Below are positions 55,405 through 64,000 of a DNA stretch of 64,000 bases, one piece after another. The position numbers were made by a program, and so were the translations under genes. The stretch spans positions 51,631-115,630 of the forward strand of contig OY970263.1 in assembly GCA_963715665.1 (NCBI GenBank), written 5' to 3'. The notes beneath the pieces are model-generated. The model saw nothing but the letters and a program-made list of their open reading frames with translations, did not search any database and was not told the origin of the DNA. How positions within the stretch are numbered: position 1 is the first letter of the stretch; the number at the start of each line of letters is the position of its first letter. The DNA comes from an uncultured Gemmatimonadales bacterium (lineage in GTDB: Bacteria > Gemmatimonadota > Gemmatimonadetes > Gemmatimonadales > GWC2-71-9).

Positions 55405-55788
55405 ATGGCGACGATGCTCAGCAACGACGAGATCCTCGAGGCGATCGGCAACAAGACCGTGCTCGAACTGGCCGACCTGATCGAGGCGTTCAAGACGAAG
55501 TTCAACGTGTCGGTGGCGGCGATGGCCGCCCCGGGCGGCGGCGCCGGGGCCGGTGCCGCACCGGCGGTCGAGGAGCAGACGGAGTTCACCGTCATCCTCA
55601 AGGCGGCCGGCGAGAAGAAGATCAACGTCATCAAGGTGATCCGTGAGGTCACCTCGCTGGGGTTGAAGGAAGCCAAGGATCTGGTCGATGGCGCGCCCAG
55701 CACCGTGAAGGAAGGGGCGTCGAAGGCCGAGGCCGAGGAGATGAAGAAGAAGCTCGAGGATCAGGGCGCGACCGTCGAGCTGAAGTGA
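55405..55788 (+). CDS. rplL: 50S ribosomal protein L7/L12
   Basis: ATG 55405. Ala/Gly hinge, then [45 protein letters not shown]. Confidence 0.95.
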   Translation: MATMLSNDEILEAIGNKTVLELADLIEAFKTKFNVSVAAMAAPGGGAGAGAAPAVEEQTEFTVILKAAGEKKINVIKVIREVTSLGLKEAKDLVDGAPSTVKEGASKAEAEEMKKKLEDQGATVELK

Positions 55789-55803
55789 CCCGCGAAGCGG
55801 GTC
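55787..55803 (+). terminator. stem-loop at the rplL stop (possible rplL-rpoB attenuator)
   Basis: GACCCGC-GAA-GCGGGTC forms a 7-bp stem overlapping the TGA. There is no U-tract, so function is uncertain. E. coli has an attenuator in the equivalent gap. Confidence 0.3.
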
Positions 55804-55986
55804 ATCCCGACCCGGCTGCGGTTTCGGGCCGGTGACGGATCACCCGCGAACTTCGCAACGGTCACTTTCAGCGAGACGGCATGACGACTCGACGCGAGTA
55901 CAGCATTCCTAATGACGGCCGTATCGGCCTCCGCAAGGTTGCGGAGGCCGGGGCGGTGCCGTCGCTATTTGCCTCAGGATGGGCCG

Positions 55987-60453
<4,467 letters not shown>

Positions 60454-60460
60454 GGCGGAG

Positions 60461-64000
<3,540 letters not shown>

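Overview
This is a visibly GC-rich bacterial chromosomal segment with G/C at almost every third codon position. Long spurious antisense ORFs are common. Gene content (GWxTD protein, bc/caa3 respiratory operon, variant cytochrome c maturation genes) suggests a Gemmatimonadota-like organism, but that is an unverified inference. No mobile element, prophage, CRISPR array or rRNA gene was seen.

Gene content in order:
- sbcC 3' part, a GNAT acetyltransferase, a candidate structured sRNA, a PTPS/QueD-SDR pair and a frameshifted acyl-CoA synthetase
- ligA, then frameshifted deoA, gyrB, DUF721, recF and enoyl-CoA hydratase, then glpK
- ccmE(CxxxY)-ccmF-ccmH-ccmI-like
- a lipoprotein, ABC-exporter and transglutaminase-like cluster, then uvrA and sdaAB/sdaAA
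- a PspA locus
- a seven-gene Rieske/cyt b-c plus caa3 oxidase operon
- GWxTD and CarboxypepD_reg proteins, mscS and cysS
- the classic thrU-tyrU-glyT-thrT-tuf-secE-nusG-rplKAJL-rpoBC region

The most interesting locus is 33.2-38.0 kb. Seven tandem, translationally coupled small membrane proteins end in a near-invariant EER[LV]DF[AS]ERLLA helix. They lie directly upstream of a YbjN-like protein and PspA/IM30. I do not recognise this family. I interpret it as a candidate expanded set of PspB/LiaI-like membrane partners of PspA.

Second-tier observations:
- a 5'/3'-paired structured RNA with its own strong promoter at 3.2-3.5 kb
- a G3N4 heptamer tract upstream of the tRNA-tuf promoter
- a strongly non-uniform clustering of frameshifts in essential genes, most likely due to assembly quality
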